Below, piece by piece: positions 62,524-64,000 of a stretch of DNA of 64,000 nucleotides. This stretch comes from Macrostomum lignano (taxonomy: Eukaryota). Made by a program: the position numbers and the translations under genes. Numbering within the stretch: position 1 is the stretch's first letter; each line of letters starts with the position of its first letter. A model generated the notes under the pieces. It made no database searches, had not been told where the DNA came from, and worked only from the letters and a program-made list of their open reading frames with translations. The stretch covers positions 284,209 through 348,208 of the forward strand of contig NIVC01001310.1 of assembly GCA_002269645.1 (NCBI GenBank), given 5' to 3'.

Positions 62524-63080
62524 GACTTACTAGACTTAACTGCAATGGGCTCCGGGCATCCGGATACAGTGGGAAGGCGTCACCGCCCATTCCGCTAACC
62601 CCTGCTGCGGTGTCGCGCTGGGAGATCCGGTGGTGCCGGTCCAGGAGGTGGATGGTTGCTCACCCGGTAGCCCCTTAGGTAGCGGACGAGCTGGCAGAAA
62701 TTCTCGGGCCTGAAAACTTCGGAGAGGTCCGGGTTTGGGCCGACGTAGGTAAGCCTGGAGTAAAGGCGGAGCATTCACAGATAAAGTGCTCCTCATTCTC
62801 AACACCAGAGAGGCAGAAGGACATTCTTCGCCACGGATTTTTCCCTGGAGGTGGCGATGTCTGGCAAAGCAGCCGGTGAGGGTCATCGCCACCGCCCTGA
62901 TGTCCCTGCGGTTGAGGCCAAGCAGGACCATGCGGATTGGCGGGGGAAGGACAGGGGACAGCCGCGCGGGATTTCCGGCAGTCGGGGCCGTCAGACCACC
63001 TCTCCCTGTGGTTTGAAGCCATCCGCTGGTTGATCCAAGTGGTGACAACTTCGACAGTGCTGCAAAATCACAGCAACAGA
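62524..63080 (-). mobile_element. 5'-truncated, frameshifted 3' end of an I-group (Loa/I/R1-like) LINE
   Basis: Joined frames give WINQR...RERW...CRKSR...[18 protein letters not shown]...[17 protein letters not shown] (C-terminal CCHC-type finger). A structured 3' UTR and short TAAGTC-type terminal repeats follow. Confidence 0.7.
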
Positions 63081-64000
63081 AAGAGTCCTGTCAGCAAGTC
63101 CCTTGTGCTCATCATCAGGGATGAAAGTGATGATATATGTAAACACAGAGGTGAATCCTCTCTGCTCAATCCAAACCAATGTACCGGGTCTGTTGCTCAA
63201 ACCTCCACCCTGCATGGCAAAAAGTCTGTAGACTTTGGCCTCATTAGCCTGAGTGCCCTAGCTGCCTCTGAGCTAGGGGAGTATTGAGCCAATTTGGCTT
63301 AGCCAAACTCTTCATCAAATCATCATGATAATTTCACTGACTCCGGGAACAAGAGTAACCAGAGCATCAAATCTTTGATCCCAGGACTGACTCCGCCTCA
63401 ACAGTGCTCGCCTCTAGGTACAATACTTCGGATTGGCAAAGCAGTAAAGATAAAGAGATAGATGTAGAGAAATAGGAGAGACTGTGCAGTCTGCAACCGA
63501 ATTCCCTCATAGTATCAATATCAGCTGAGGCAAAAGGACTCGAGATATCGAGTCCGCATCCTACAGCTTCTTAGTGTAGTTTTCCGAGTTCTACAAGTAT
63601 TGCTCAAATCCTTTTACTGTGCTTAATCGCTGCACATGCACATCAGCTTATAAGAAAGACGATCAGATTCAAATTACATGGCTTTATGGCTAAAGCAATT
63701 CTTTAATATGTGCAGCCAAAACCATTATAAATTGAATAAAGATTTTCGGACTGATTGCAATTGCTGATGCCTTGGCTTCAGTTATTTTTAGCTATATTCT
63801 GTTTTGAAAAATACAAAAACCGCACTAATACTAACGTAAATACATAGGAGATGCCTGTACTATTATCCACTGGAAAAGAAATGATCACTTTTCGACCTTT
63901 TGACCGGAAGTAGGTGAGAGCGGAGAGGCTGTTGAGGGGGACAGACATAGATGGCCCAAAAGATATTACACGAGACAGAATACACGTGGAAGTAAAAAGA

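Overview
Eukaryotic (invertebrate metazoan-like; taxon not determinable here) genomic window with spliced genes. In order: a 48-bp minisatellite; a 3-exon UBE2E-type ubiquitin-conjugating enzyme (-) whose first intron holds a (TCTA)n tract and five identical 273-bp units; a ~4.7 kb block almost devoid of CpG; SINE/MITE remnants; a PAN/apple + C-type lectin exon (-); two tandem Mx-like dynamin GTPase genes (+); a cluster of four divergent ETS-domain genes; an SLC16/MCT transporter (+); and a LINE 3' fragment. Mx copy 1 is intact (743 aa by my exon model). Copy 2 has indels and a full-length Mag-like Ty3/Gypsy element with ACGTC TSD in intron 4. The most interesting signal is a possible immune locus at ~20-54 kb. 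The Mx paralogs are near-identical in the GTPase and GED but carry a largely non-homologous L4-equivalent loop (64 vs 27 aa) and a non-canonical G4 motif (TCPD). The Mx copy 1 upstream region has four STAT-type TTCN3GAA sites, and two ETS-like genes share a 16-bp kB/STAT-like element. Exon models, counts and motif matches were done by eye. Scattered 1-nt indels may be assembly errors.
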